A stretch of 63,562 nt of DNA, filler included, from Pelomyxa schiedti (Eukaryota > Protista > Evosea), in assembly GCA_020536535.1 (NCBI GenBank). It is 3 parts of 3 records of this genome, joined end to end, with 100 filler letters (N's around TTAATTAATTAA, not from the genome) between each part and the next. Parts side by side here need not be neighbours in the genome. Positions count along the whole stretch, not along the records: positions 26,695 to 48,863 come from JAHLWZ010001066.1; positions 48,964 to 63,562 come from JAHLWZ010000515.1; 1 more part is not named here. One strand, 5' to 3'. A program made the position numbers and the translations under genes. Within the stretch, counting starts at the first letter, position 1. The number at the start of each line of letters is the position of its first letter. Under the pieces are notes generated by a model, which searched no databases, was not told where the DNA came from, and saw nothing but the letters and a program-made list of their open reading frames with translations. Positions 48,244 to 59,152 of the stretch are shown one piece after another.

Positions 48244-48834
48244 TCATAGGGTTGATATCCACTTTTCGGTGGTCATGACTTGGGCATAAACCGATTGCAT
48301 TACCAGCAAAGCGACTCGGTGCACCTCCTCAGCCGTAGCGGATCCGGCGGCGTTGGTGACCGCCGGGCTCCCAGTAGCGTCGGACAGGAATTCCACCGGG
48401 ATTTTGGGGTCCATGTGGAACGCCTGCCTCGTGGTTGTGTCGCAGCACATCTGGGTCATGTACCCGCACACCGTCAAGGTGTCCACGCCCCTCCTCTCCA
48501 TCTCCTCCCTCAGGTTGGTCCCAGTGAAGCACCCAGGCCTGCTCTTCTCAAACACCCAGCAGTTGGGCGTCCCAGAAGACGAAGTAGTACTAGCAGCGAC
48601 TCTGTTTTTTATCTCGGGGCACAGCTCGCTGGTCGGGCAAGTGCGGAAGTACGGCGACGCGGCGTTCTTGTCGTCGACGTGCCTCACGACCGCGACGGGG
48701 ACGCCGTGCTCGCGCGCCGCGTCCATCGCGCGCAGGATGTTGGGCATCGAATTAGGGGGGTAGGTGCACTCGATGGGGCCTCCGTGCATGTACACTCCCT
48801 GCACGTCGATAACAAGCAAAAGGCGCCTCTTCAT
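48244..48834 (-). CDS. Isochorismatase-family cysteine hydrolase (intronless)
   Basis: LLVIDVQ, FEKSRPGCFTGTNL, GYMTQMCCDTTTRQA and FLSDATG. Confidence 0.92.
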   Translation of the reverse strand: MKRRLLLVIDVQGVYMHGGPIECTYPPNSMPNILRAMDAAREHGVPVAVVRHVDDKNAASPYFRTCPTSELCPEIKNRVAASTTSSSGTPNCWVFEKSRPGCFTGTNLREEMERRGVDTLTVCGYMTQMCCDTTTRQAFHMDPKIPVEFLSDATGSPAVTNAAGSATAEEVHRVALLVMQSVYAQVMTTEKWISTL

Positions 48835-48863
48835 TCGATTGTGTGTCGCTAATCAAGAGGAGA

Positions 48864-48963
48864 NNNNNNNNNNNNNNNNNNNNNNNNNNNNNNNNNNNNN
48901 NNNNNNNTTAATTAATTAANNNNNNNNNNNNNNNNNNNNNNNNNNNNNNNNNNNNNNNNNNNN
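48864..48963. other. Artificial contig linker (N-TTAATTAATTAA-N)
   Basis: Same linker as 26595-26694. Confidence 0.95.
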
Positions 48964-49010
48964 AAACAAAACAAAACAAAACAAAACAAAACAAAACAAA
49001 ACAAACAAAC
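48964..49010. repeat. (AAAAC)n microsatellite at contig end
   Basis: Directly visible. Confidence 0.9.
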
Positions 49011-49360
49011 AGCACTGTTGGGATGCCCCAATGACCTTCCCCTGCTCCTTTTTCCACCACTGCGGAACTTGTAGGTTGCAGCTGCAGTGCCCCAGTTGGA
49101 GGAGGCAGTAGCGGCAGCGGCGATGGAGCTCCAGCTTCGACATAGCTCAGCTTGCAACGCACCCCGCGTCTGTGGTAAGCATTTTGAGTGTCAGCGAGGG
49201 TATCGAATGCAATGAAGGTATGGTGTGGATCTCGGCTTCGGCTCATTTTTGCGGAGGCGCAGTCAAACTAAAAACGGTGGTTGTTGTGGCTTTTTTTCTT
49301 GCTTTTGATTTTTTTTGAGAAACAAAACAGTTATGTTAATGTCAAAGGGATTCAACAGTA

Positions 49361-50934
49361 CTACGAGCGGAGGGGACTGTCATCAGAGGGGCTATCAGTT
49401 GTTTTGCGGTGGTTGTCTGCTGCTAGTGGCACTCGGTTGTGTTTGTTGTCCGCTTGTGTATGGTGGTTTACTGTGTGCATGGCGGTGTGGGGTGGTGCCT
49501 CTGGGCCGGCGCTTTGGCATTGGTTTGGTGAATCAGCAGGATGTTGCTGTTGTTGCACGCGTTCCGCTGTGGTAGCCGGTGTAAGTGCGGGAGATGCCGG
49601 GTGGGTTGTATTGTGAGGGGTGTTTCTGGTGGCGTTGGTGGAGATTCTGGGACTGCCGGTAGTTGATCTTCTAGTGGCTTTGTTAGTGCCGTTGCTACAC
49701 TTTCGGTTTGGTGGCTGGGGGAGTGGATGCAGTTGTGATCGGTGGGCTTTTACTCACATCTAGAGACTCAGTCACAAGGAGTTTACAAAGCTCCACAACA
49801 AGGTCAATGGCGATTTTGGAATCCTCCAACACAAGTGCCGGTCTCCTCTCCAAATCAGATGGTGTGACGTGGGACTGAAGGTTCTTTAGTATGAAGTCCT
49901 GGAGAATTGAGTCCGGCTCCCCCATTAGATCTGCAACTCGCCCAAAAAGCCAGTCATCAATATGGCTGTGGAATTTCAGATATGAATTGTATGTTATGTT
50001 ATTTCTTACGTTATCTATGTGGTCCCATGGTATCGGAAAGGAAAAAAGGTCCTCCTTCGTTCTTGGTATTTTAGAATGGGAGTCAGGTTCTTGCTGTGGT
50101 TGTGATGTTGCTTCAATCTGATTGGTACTCAGTGTCGATCTTGAATTAATTATTATTACTGGTCTTGCCCAAAAATAACTTGTGGTGTTTCCTGTCTCCT
50201 CTTGGGACTGCTGGGTCGTCTGTGCTCCATAAAAGGAGAGGACTTCCTTGTGATGATATGGGACAGTTGCAAATCTGGGGAGGAGTCATGTGGGACAATC
50301 ACCAAAGAAATTTATACCTGACGATACAAAACTTCCATACTCTCCGGAGTTCATTTCAAGGGGGTTCAAAGGTGAAAGCGGGTATTGCACTGTCCCGGCA
50401 AAGGATTGTATTGTTCCAGATGTTAGTCATATTGATCAGAGTCTTTAATAGGTTCACCATCCATGCCCGATGATGTAGTATCACTATAAATTCCCTTATA
50501 AAATTGAAAAAGGGAGAATGCACTTTACCAACTGGATATCTGTTGGGCTGAAGTGAAAGGAGGGTGATAATTTGGCACGTCATCTGTTTCACTGCATTTG
50601 AGTCTAATCAATTCTTCCAATTTTCTTGCACAGTCCATGAACTGTTCCTTTTCTGAAATCTATTAGAAGTAACCAAAGGCATTACTTGAAATAAGGACAA
50701 AAGCAATTCAGGGTTTAGTTCTGGTACTTCCATCTCCACGTAAACACAGAAAGCTCTTGGCTCTACGGTGGAAGCAGCACACTTTTGGTTTGTTTCCGCT
50801 CTCTGTTGGCTTATCAGATCACAGCGCCGCCTCTCCATTTCCATCTCCATTGTCATTGACCTTGAGGCGGCGTCGCGCAATCGATCTGCGGCCACCACCG
50901 CCACTGCCCCCGCGATTGTACGAATCGCCCTCAT
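49361..50934 (-). CDS. PWI-domain protein (RBM25-like), multi-exon; boundaries approximate
   Basis: EDLFSFPIPWDHID..IDDWLFGRVADLMGEPDSILQDFILKNL..LVVELCKLLVTES matches the RBM25-type PWI pattern. Confidence 0.65.
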
Positions 50935-51329
50935 TCGTCCGCGGTGGATCTAGACCTTGGGTGCGACAAGAACTGGTGTTTGTGCTGGTGGCGGTATGAC
51001 GCTGCGGAGTGAAGATAAATACAGTGTACTCCCCCAAGCCGGACCTGCGACCACGACGGCGTACGGAGCGACTTCTTGAGTTTTATTTCTTCTTCCTTCT
51101 GCCTTCTTCTGTGTTGCGAGGAGGACGTGCTGATCTGCGTAGCAATGGCGACCGAGCCAACAGCTACACTGCGGTGATCTTGGAGGCGTTGTTGTGTCTC
51201 GACAAAAAAGCGCGAATCTGAAGACACTCTACTAGGCAACCCAAAACTCACGTCTGACCAGTGGTCGGTCACTTAACCAGTGAAGTAGAGTCTCTCTCTC
51301 TCTCTGTATTTTTGCTGCAAAAACCTCCG

Positions 51330-52101
51330 ATGAGTAGATTGCCTGCATGGAATTCCTTGACCAGCACAACATTATTCCACAAGAGTAAGTTCCCTTCTCC
51401 CAAAAGAATAGCCACATGCTATGAAATTCTTTCTTATTTATACATACACCAATCATCCCCTTTCTTTGTAATACATATATATTACACAGCATTATTTGGG
51501 ATACGTGGGCCGATCTTGTTGACGAAAGAATCAAATTGAGTAAAACCTTCACTCCGTATTTACATGCAAATTAACGCAAAAATGAAGATATGTGATCTGT
51601 TCTTGCTTGTTGATAAAAATAAAGATGGAAAACTTGGTATGATTCCGTTAATAATTGAAAGTCATCCTTGATCGCTCTCTCTGCGCAGACAACGAGTTCA
51701 ACGAGTCGAAAAGGTACCAACAAACATTGAATGACCGGAACTCACTCCCAACTGAAAAGGCAAAATGGGCTCAGCTCACAGAAACTGACGCCGTGGTTCT
51801 ACTCAAGTCCATGATGACCAAAAGTTCTTCCGCGGTATCACCAACGATATCATTTGATGGCTTGGAGCACGCGTTGAAGCTTGCCTGTTTTGAGGGTGTT
51901 TTATCATCAAATCAGAGGGAGCAAGTCTATGTAAGCTTCTACACTCCTCAAACTAAATATTTCATTTCTCAGGTGAACCAGTTGTTCCGGCAAATGTACG
52001 TTGATTGCTCCGGAACCATCCGCTGATGATTTGAAAGCTGGCCTGAACGCCTTCTCCATTATGTTTGATACCTACCCCTCAGTGAAGAGCAGATAAAAAG
52101 G
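51330..52101 (+). pseudogene. EF-hand protein, probably pseudogenised
   Basis: DKNKDGKL and xVDCSGTI loops. The continuation ADDLKAGL is frameshifted after 52020 (in-frame TGA 52024-52026), and LSEEQIKR lies in yet another frame. Confidence 0.55.
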
Positions 52102-52235
52102 GTATGTTCCAAAAAAAAAAAAAGTACTTTGAGTCTTGTGACTTGGAAAGCATCATGACAGGGGTTGCATGTTGTTTTCAGCCCGCCAATAAAAAAAAAA
52201 ACAAGAACCTCCTTGTCATTGTGTACTGAGAATTC

Positions 52236-52704
52236 TCAGTCCCAGAATTTGACACCACTGCACATTACGTGGTATTGGTTATTGATACCCATGTGCGTGG
52301 TGTCGAAAAACACCCTGACCCACCTGAACTCTGTCTCCAACAATGTGCGGTCAGCTATACCGAACCTCTGCCATGGGTCAACACATTCGGCCGTGCCGTG
52401 GCACAGTGCAACCCACGGCCCGGTTGGTTCCCCCCGTGACCCTGACACAGTGATGTCTTTGGGGGCGCATGGGTGGTGCCCAGTCCTGATCCAAACGACC
52501 GGGATTCGCCTGGGGCGTCTCATCTCGAACAGGAGGAACTGCCCTGTGGTGCAGCCCAGCTGGGACATCCAGAACGTGAGTGGGTCGTGGCTGTAGTCGA
52601 TCACGCAGTCTGGGAAGTGGTTCGGGTCTGTGGATGACGCGGTCACCCCACGAATCAACTCGTTGTTACAACCTTCTGATTGGAGTGTGGGTGGGGTGCT
52701 GGCC
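52236..52704 (-). CDS. Galactose-binding-like (F5/8-C/DOC-type) domain exon; no in-frame ATG found
   Basis: VTASS..CVID...TFWMS..QFLLFE..PKDITVSGS..W..RWVRVFF pattern; a candidate acceptor ttacag precedes it. Confidence 0.6.
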
Positions 52705-52920
52705 TGTAAATCACTTTATGTTGATGGAGCGAAAAGGAAAAAAAAAGCCATGGAACATGATACATTCGAGGAGAAGGGCACAGAGCACGCTTGCGGCAGC
52801 AACTGCACGACAGTTCTCTGCGGTGTGGTGTTGATGTCCATCCCCAAATCGTTTAAATTGCCGCATTCATGAATGGGCCATCTGGTCCCGGAAGGTGGTT
52901 GAGATGGTAATCTGATCCTG

Positions 52921-52992
52921 CTGGGACACGTCACCTTGGGCCTCACCCACTCCTTCGTTGTGCCGTTGCCAGGTGAAGTCTTCAACTTTCTG
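52921..52992 (+). pseudogene. Internally deleted relic of a family A gene
   Basis: ctgggacacgtcacc (family A 5' end) is joined to gg(g/c)cctcacccactccttcgt and tgtgccgttgccaggtg.agt.ttcaactttct (family A 3' segments). Confidence 0.65.
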
Positions 52993-53035
52993 ATTGAAGT
53001 GATCATTTCTGGAAGATCGTGATTTATTACCAGAA

Positions 53036-54334
53036 ATGTGTGGAGCCACCACGAGTGAACACAGCACAGAGTGTGAGAGACGACAATTCGACAAATACGT
53101 CGAGGGGATGAAACGAAGCCAGAAAAAATACCTGGAGCGAGAGCAACGGCGGCTCAGCCGCCGCATCGCAGCAGGCGACACAAGCGCGATGGTCGAGCTG
53201 GCTCAAGCCCACTTATGGGGCCCGTTCCCAGACTCTGCCCCCGAAAGTATGGCGTACCACCCAAAGGGCATTGCGCTGCTGACCCAGGCAGCTGAGGGCG
53301 GCAACGCTGAGGCAATGTCACACCTGGCTCGGTTTTACACTGAGGGCAAGTGTGGGCTGCCAAGGGACATGGCCATGGCTGTGATGTGGTACGAGAGGGC
53401 TGGGAACTGGGGCGGGTTGGCGAGTGCTGCATGGGGGCTGTTTTGGGGTGATTATGTGGCGAGGACTGGGTGTGATGTCGACAGGGCTGTGTTGGCGTGG
53501 AGAAATGCCTCTGAAATGGGCGCCGTCGAGGCTGTTGGGGAGCTCGGGTGGTGCTATCAGAACGGAATCGGCGTTGACCGCGATGTAGAGAGGGCTATCT
53601 CGCTGTACAAAAGGGCAATTGAGCTCGATGAGACCTGCTACACACACAACTCGTGGAGGCTCGGTGCCTGCTATCTTCGTGGTGACGGTGTGGAGAAAGA
53701 CTGGGCAAAGGCTGTGGAACTCATGCTGAGGTGTGACAGAGATGACTCCGCGAGGGCGTATCTTGCATGGTGCTATCTGTGTGGCGGCTATGGTGTCGAG
53801 AGGAATGTGGGCAAGGCGTTGGCAGCTGCAGAGGGAATCGGAACAGGCAGGGTGTTGGCGTTCCTGGGTTATTGTCACGAGAGGGGTGTTGGTGGTGAGG
53901 TGGATGCCAACAAGGCTCGTGAGATGTATGGATATGCGAGATGTGACCATCATTGTGCGGAGGCACTTGGGGAGCTTGGCCTGTATTTCTGGAGAGGTGA
54001 TTGTGGTGTTCCAACTGACAAGAAATCAGCTGTTGGGTATTTCCGAATGGGTGCAGATGGTGGTGATCCCATTTCAATGTATCACTTTGGTGTGTGTCTC
54101 AGGGAAGGTGGTGATGGTGTTGAATGTGACATGGAGCAATCATGCCACTGGTTGCAGAAGGCTGCCCAGTTTGGTCACAGAGGGGCGGCAGCAGCCTTGG
54201 TTTGTGAAAAAACAGCAGCAGAAGAGTTGGGTTGTGCCATAAGTTGCACAACAAAGACTTCGTCAGTGGAGCACAACCACAAACACGGGACCTTCGCACC
54301 TGACACTACCACCACAGACAACAAAACACCATGA
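53036..54334 (+). CDS. Sel1-like repeat protein (intronless)
   Basis: Repeats such as AVGELGWCYQNGIGVDRDVERAISLYKRA and SMYHFGVCLREG..DMEQSCHWLQKAAQFGH. Confidence 0.92.
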   Translation: MCGATTSEHSTECERRQFDKYVEGMKRSQKKYLEREQRRLSRRIAAGDTSAMVELAQAHLWGPFPDSAPESMAYHPKGIALLTQAAEGGNAEAMSHLARFYTEGKCGLPRDMAMAVMWYERAGNWGGLASAAWGLFWGDYVARTGCDVDRAVLAWRNASEMGAVEAVGELGWCYQNGIGVDRDVERAISLYKRAIELDETCYTHNSWRLGACYLRGDGVEKDWAKAVELMLRCDRDDSARAYLAWCYLCGGYGVERNVGKALAAAEGIGTGRVLAFLGYCHERGVGGEVDANKAREMYGYARCDHHCAEALGELGLYFWRGDCGVPTDKKSAVGYFRMGADGGDPISMYHFGVCLREGGDGVECDMEQSCHWLQKAAQFGHRGAAAALVCEKTAAEELGCAISCTTKTSSVEHNHKHGTFAPDTTTTDNKTP

Positions 54335-54494
54335 CATGGAGTTACTGCTCAAACATGCACACAGCACTGACTGTCCAGATAAACATGAAGGTTGTTGACA
54401 CCGTTCTGAACTAGTGTTCTTGCCTCTCAAGCAAAACGCGATTTTTTTTTTGCAGAAACGGGATAAAAAAAAAAACCCCAATTATCATCAGACG

Positions 54495-55930
54495 ATGTCG
54501 CACAAATCATCAATCCCACTGGGACACGTGACCATCGAACGTGTGATCGACGCACACAACCAACTTGGTGCGCTGTGCCTCCTCGCGTGGTGCCCGCAGA
54601 CTCCACACCCACCACCATCACCACCCACAATCCCAACGCCCACACCCGCTCGCCTCACAAACGACGTGGTGAGGCTCATCGGCGAGCGTTGGGTGCTGAC
54701 TCCAGTGAGGCGCTTCGTCGTGGGCGACAAGATGTTCTGCTGCACGGTCGTGTCTATCGGGGCCACGCTGGGCGTCATCAGCACCGTCGACACGGACGGC
54801 GAGTGGGACGCAGACCGCTACATCGGGTGCTGGCTCGGCTGCGACAGGTTGCTCACGTACCACTGGGAGGTACGGGACCGCATCGTGCAAGTTGTGGATG
54901 TTGCTCGTGGGATGGCCACCACCCACAATGCGCTGCTGGAATCAGCCACCACGACATCGGGGTGCACTCTGTTCTGGGGCACCCACAAGTGGGTTGTGAT
55001 GTGGAGGCCCGGCGAGCTGCTCATTCACAGGCTGCAGCAGCNNNNNNNNNNNNNNNNNNNNNNNNNNNNNNNNNNNNNNNNNNNNNNNNNNNNNNNNNNN
55101 NNNNNNNNNNNNNNNNNNNNNNNNNNNNNNNNNNNNNNNNNACCCACAATGCGCTGCTGGAATCAGCCACCACGACATCGGGGTGCACTCTGTTCTGGGG
55201 CACCCACAAGTGGGTTGTGATGTGGAGGCCCGGCGAGCTGCTCATTCACAGGCTGCAGCAGCACAACCACAACAACAACATCCCTGGTTCCTCAGCAGCA
55301 ACAACAACAACAACAACAACCAGGTGTTGTTCGTTGAATTCAAACCAACAGGTGGATGTTGTGTTCTCGCGCACTGAGCCTTCTCTTATCGAGGATGGTG
55401 ACGAGGCCTCTGTCCTGGTTCTGTTCGAAAATGACAGCAGAAGGTTCATGGTGCTGACTGTGGACCTGGAGAAGAGCTTCTCGACATCCTCGCTTGTGGT
55501 GGTGAAGGGGAAGGAGTGCTACACAACGCCAAAGGGGAGTTCCATCAGGCCATACCTGTTCATGGATGTGAGTGGCAAAAACATGAAGGTTGTTTACACC
55601 ATTCCGAACAGCGGCTACCTCACTGTGTTTTCTTTGCCGCTCAAGAAAGGCGGCAAGATGACCAAGCTTCACGATAGCTGCAGGTATGTCAGCAAGGAAG
55701 GCGACAATCTTATTGGGCTGGATTTTGACTGCCATGATATCTTCCGCTTCCAACCTCATGTATTTGTGTGCAAGCTCGTTGGCCCTCACCCACTCCTTCG
55801 TCGTGGCTTGACTGTCAATGTCTTTCCATGCACAACAACAACAGGAGCCATGCTGAGGACTGTGAATGACACACAGACTGGCCTGACATTGTGCCGTTGC
55901 CAGGTGCAGTTTTCAACTTTCTTTTTCTGA
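54495..55930 (+). CDS. Lineage-specific family A protein, copy 1 (spans gap)
   Basis: Intronless ORF MSHKSSIPLGHV...QFSTFFF. The gap at 55042-55141 is flanked by a duplicated 120-bp overlap. Paralogous to 57383-58603. Confidence 0.75.
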
Positions 55931-56042
55931 ATGAATAACAAAAACATTTTTCCATTACACCAAAGCCACAGCACACTGGCAAGGTCGTTTTTTTGCTTAT
56001 TTTTTTCGGGAATCTGGTCTGCCCGATTTTTTTGGTTTTGGC

Positions 56043-57287
56043 ATGGCAACAAACGAGTTGTACGTGGTTACACCGTTGATTCGCGCCCGAGACCAAATGA
56101 GTGCTCTGGCCATGGTCCCTGCGCTGGGGGCCGCGGTCGCGCGTATCGTGTGGGAGCACCTAGTCAGGGACACACCCACCACGTTCGTGCTGCGCGTCGA
56201 GGGCGAGAGCCCGCCCCGAGAGAGCGTGTGCGTGTGCCTGAGGGTCTCCCCGCTCCTTGGCGGCCTCATGCCCCTGCCGGCAACCGCGACGACGAGCATT
56301 ATGGGTGCACCGGTCGAGCTCAGGGCAAGTGGCAGGTACACTGGGCCTTGGGTGGGTGACAGGTGGTTCCTGACAAATGAATACATACATGTAGCCAGTG
56401 GTGCTGGGGGGACTGGTGGAGGAGCGGGAGGGGGATTTGCAAAGTGGCAGCTGGTTGATGCTGCGTCGCAGAGTTGTGAGACTGTGGGAGTGGTTGGATG
56501 TGACCCAATGAACTTCCTGGGGAGGAGAAGTGTGGCTAATCATAAGTGGGTGGCGACCTGTGGTTGGTTCAGTACCGAGAGTGGAATTGCTAGTCAGGCC
56601 ACTCCAATGTTGCTCATACGCCGCCTGCATCCTGGGAGCTTTCTGGGCAGTGAGGCTCACAGGGTTGTTGCAGTACCACCGGCTGTTTTGACTTCCTTAG
56701 AGAACATAAGGGTCACGAGGTTCTCAAAATCAAGGGCTGACGAACTGCTTCTGTTTCTGAGCGAACCAGGGGAAGAGAGGATGCCATCGTTTGTGATGGT
56801 TGATGTGGAGGCAACACATTCAACTGGTTCCCTTGTATTGACAAGCATCACCCACGTGGTTGCTCCACCATCTGATTGTGCGCCTGCTGCGTTTTTGCTG
56901 AAGAGGACTGATGGCTCCCACACTCTGGTTGTCTCAGCACCTCGCTGGATTTTTGGGCCAGAAATGAACTGCTGTGCACTTGAAGTTGAAGAAGGGAGTG
57001 GCAATTCAAGGACCGTACCACTTGTGTTCTTTGACTCTGAGAAAATAATGCAGTGCTCACTCCTGAAAGGCCAAGTTCCCATCTTGAACAGCGGCAGCAA
57101 CAACCATCCACAATCATGGGCACTCCTGATAAGTGACGGCGTGAGCATCAACGATGACAGGGGTTTCCTTTTTCATCTCAATGGGTCCTGCCTCCGTGTC
57201 ATTGAGTCCACATCTCACTGCACTGTGGTAACCATTGAATTCAAACGGTACCAACCATGCACCCTGCAAGTCAAGTTCTCTTCTTGA
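56043..57287 (+). CDS. Lineage-specific family B protein, copy 1
   Basis: 414-aa intronless ORF, paralogous to 62304-63562 and distantly similar to family A. Confidence 0.8.
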   Translation: MATNELYVVTPLIRARDQMSALAMVPALGAAVARIVWEHLVRDTPTTFVLRVEGESPPRESVCVCLRVSPLLGGLMPLPATATTSIMGAPVELRASGRYTGPWVGDRWFLTNEYIHVASGAGGTGGGAGGGFAKWQLVDAASQSCETVGVVGCDPMNFLGRRSVANHKWVATCGWFSTESGIASQATPMLLIRRLHPGSFLGSEAHRVVAVPPAVLTSLENIRVTRFSKSRADELLLFLSEPGEERMPSFVMVDVEATHSTGSLVLTSITHVVAPPSDCAPAAFLLKRTDGSHTLVVSAPRWIFGPEMNCCALEVEEGSGNSRTVPLVFFDSEKIMQCSLLKGQVPILNSGSNNHPQSWALLISDGVSINDDRGFLFHLNGSCLRVIESTSHCTVVTIEFKRYQPCTLQVKFSS

Positions 57288-57382
57288 GTTATGCATTGAA
57301 CAAACATAAAGTCTTTACAAACAACTTTCTAACGGTTTTGAAAAAGGAAAGTCCAATCGAACTTCGACACTACTGTCATACG

Positions 57383-58603
57383 ATGTGTCGCAGATCATCG
57401 GTCCCGCTGGGACACGTGACCATCGAACGCGTGATCGACGCACACAACCAACTTGTTGCGCTGTGCCTCCTCGCGTGGTGCCCGCAGACTCCACACCCAC
57501 CACCACCCATAATCCAGTCGGGCAGGTCCGTTCGCCTCACAAACGACGTGGTGAGGCTCATCGGTGAGCGTTGGGTGCTCACTCCTGTAAGACGTTTCAT
57601 CGTGGGCGACAAGATGTTCTGCTGCACGGTCGTGTCGATCGGGGCCACTCTGGGCATCATCAGCACAATTGACACCACCGTCGAGTGGGACACAAGCCAC
57701 TGTGTTCGGTGCTGGCTTGGCCGCGACAGGCTGCTCACAACCCACGGGTGGGGAACAGAGCGCGTCCTGCGGGTGGTGGATGTGGCTCGTGGAATGGCCT
57801 CCCACAATGTCGAATCTGCCATTGCGATATCAAGGTGCACTATGTTCTGGGGCACCCACAAGTGGGTTGTGATGTGGAGGCCCGGTGAGCTGCTCATTCA
57901 CAGGCTGCAGCAGCACAACAACAACAACGGTGGAGAAGAGCATCAACAACAGCCGGGGAATGCTTCTGCCAAATCCGCGTCATCATCTTCATCACCCTCA
58001 ACAACAACCAGGTGTTGTTCGTTGAATTCAAACAGAACTGTGGATGTTGTGTTCTCACACACTGAGCCTTCTCTGATTGAGGATGGTGACGAGGCTTCTG
58101 TCCTGGTTCTGTTCGAAAATGACAGCAGAAGGTTCATGGTGCTGACTGTGGACCTGGAGAAGAGCTTCTCGACATCCTCGCTTGTGGTGGTTAAGGGGGG
58201 TGGCCCAGAGTGCTACTACACTCCAACGGGCACCTTCTGCATGCCATACTTGTTCATGGATGTGAGTGGCAAAAGCATGAAGGTTGTGTACAAAGTTCCA
58301 TCCAGCGACTATGTGAGCATGTTTTCTTTGACACTCAAGACAGGCAAAACCACCGAGGTCCGCAACACCTGCAGATATTCAAACAAGGAAAGTGACCAAC
58401 TGATTCGGCTGGACTTTGGGTTCCAGGATCTTTTCACACCAGGACCAGTGTGGAACCTTGTTTGCATCAACCCACTCCTTCAGCATGGCTTGGTTGTCTT
58501 ACCACACACAACAACAGGAGGAATGATGAGGTCTATGAATGACACACAGACTGGAGTGGCCTTGTGCCATTGCCAGGTGCAGCCATCAACTTTCTTTCTC
58601 TGA
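57383..58603 (+). CDS. Lineage-specific family A protein, copy 2
   Basis: Intronless ORF MCRRSSVPLGHV...QPSTFFL. Confidence 0.8.
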   Translation: MCRRSSVPLGHVTIERVIDAHNQLVALCLLAWCPQTPHPPPPIIQSGRSVRLTNDVVRLIGERWVLTPVRRFIVGDKMFCCTVVSIGATLGIISTIDTTVEWDTSHCVRCWLGRDRLLTTHGWGTERVLRVVDVARGMASHNVESAIAISRCTMFWGTHKWVVMWRPGELLIHRLQQHNNNNGGEEHQQQPGNASAKSASSSSSPSTTTRCCSLNSNRTVDVVFSHTEPSLIEDGDEASVLVLFENDSRRFMVLTVDLEKSFSTSSLVVVKGGGPECYYTPTGTFCMPYLFMDVSGKSMKVVYKVPSSDYVSMFSLTLKTGKTTEVRNTCRYSNKESDQLIRLDFGFQDLFTPGPVWNLVCINPLLQHGLVVLPHTTTGGMMRSMNDTQTGVALCHCQVQPSTFFL

Positions 58604-58954
58604 AATTGAAGCACCAAACAATAAGTACGTGGCACGCAGTTTTGATATTTCTGAAAGCAGACAATTTTTTTTCGAAAACCAGCTTCATCATGGAGAGGTG
58701 TAGGTTGGGATTCAATGTGGCAGAGTGGAGTGTAGTGTGGGTAGGTGCGCAGGAGCGAGAGTGAGAGCGAGAGATTGGTTTTTCTTTTCACAGCAGCCGG
58801 CAAGTTGCTACACCTGGGTACAAAGAAAGAAAAACAGAGAAGATACCTGCAGTTCAAGTCTGTCTTGGATGCCGAAAACAGAAGACCACCCATTTCCACA
58901 CAGGTTGAATGTGGGAAAAGGAAATCTGGGATTGGAATACATTGTGAGGAGACA

Positions 58955-59045
58955 TGTAAGCTGAAATCACAGATTTTTGGAGTTCCATCTTTTTCCAAAA
59001 GGATGTTGCTGTTCAAATCCCAGTGCATGCAATTTTGCCTGTCCA
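58955..59045 (-). pseudogene. Degenerate protein kinase fragment
   Basis: CMHWDLNSNILLEKDGTPKICDFS: HRD has become HWD, DFG has become DFS, and one residue is deleted. Confidence 0.65.
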
Positions 59046-59152
59046 AGCAAGGCTTTCAAAAGAACCTTCTCTTTTGTTTGAAAAAGAGAAATACTTGAAT
59101 GCCACCCCATGCCGAGGTGCAGTAATACAGAATCTGCACGATCGTTGTAAAG

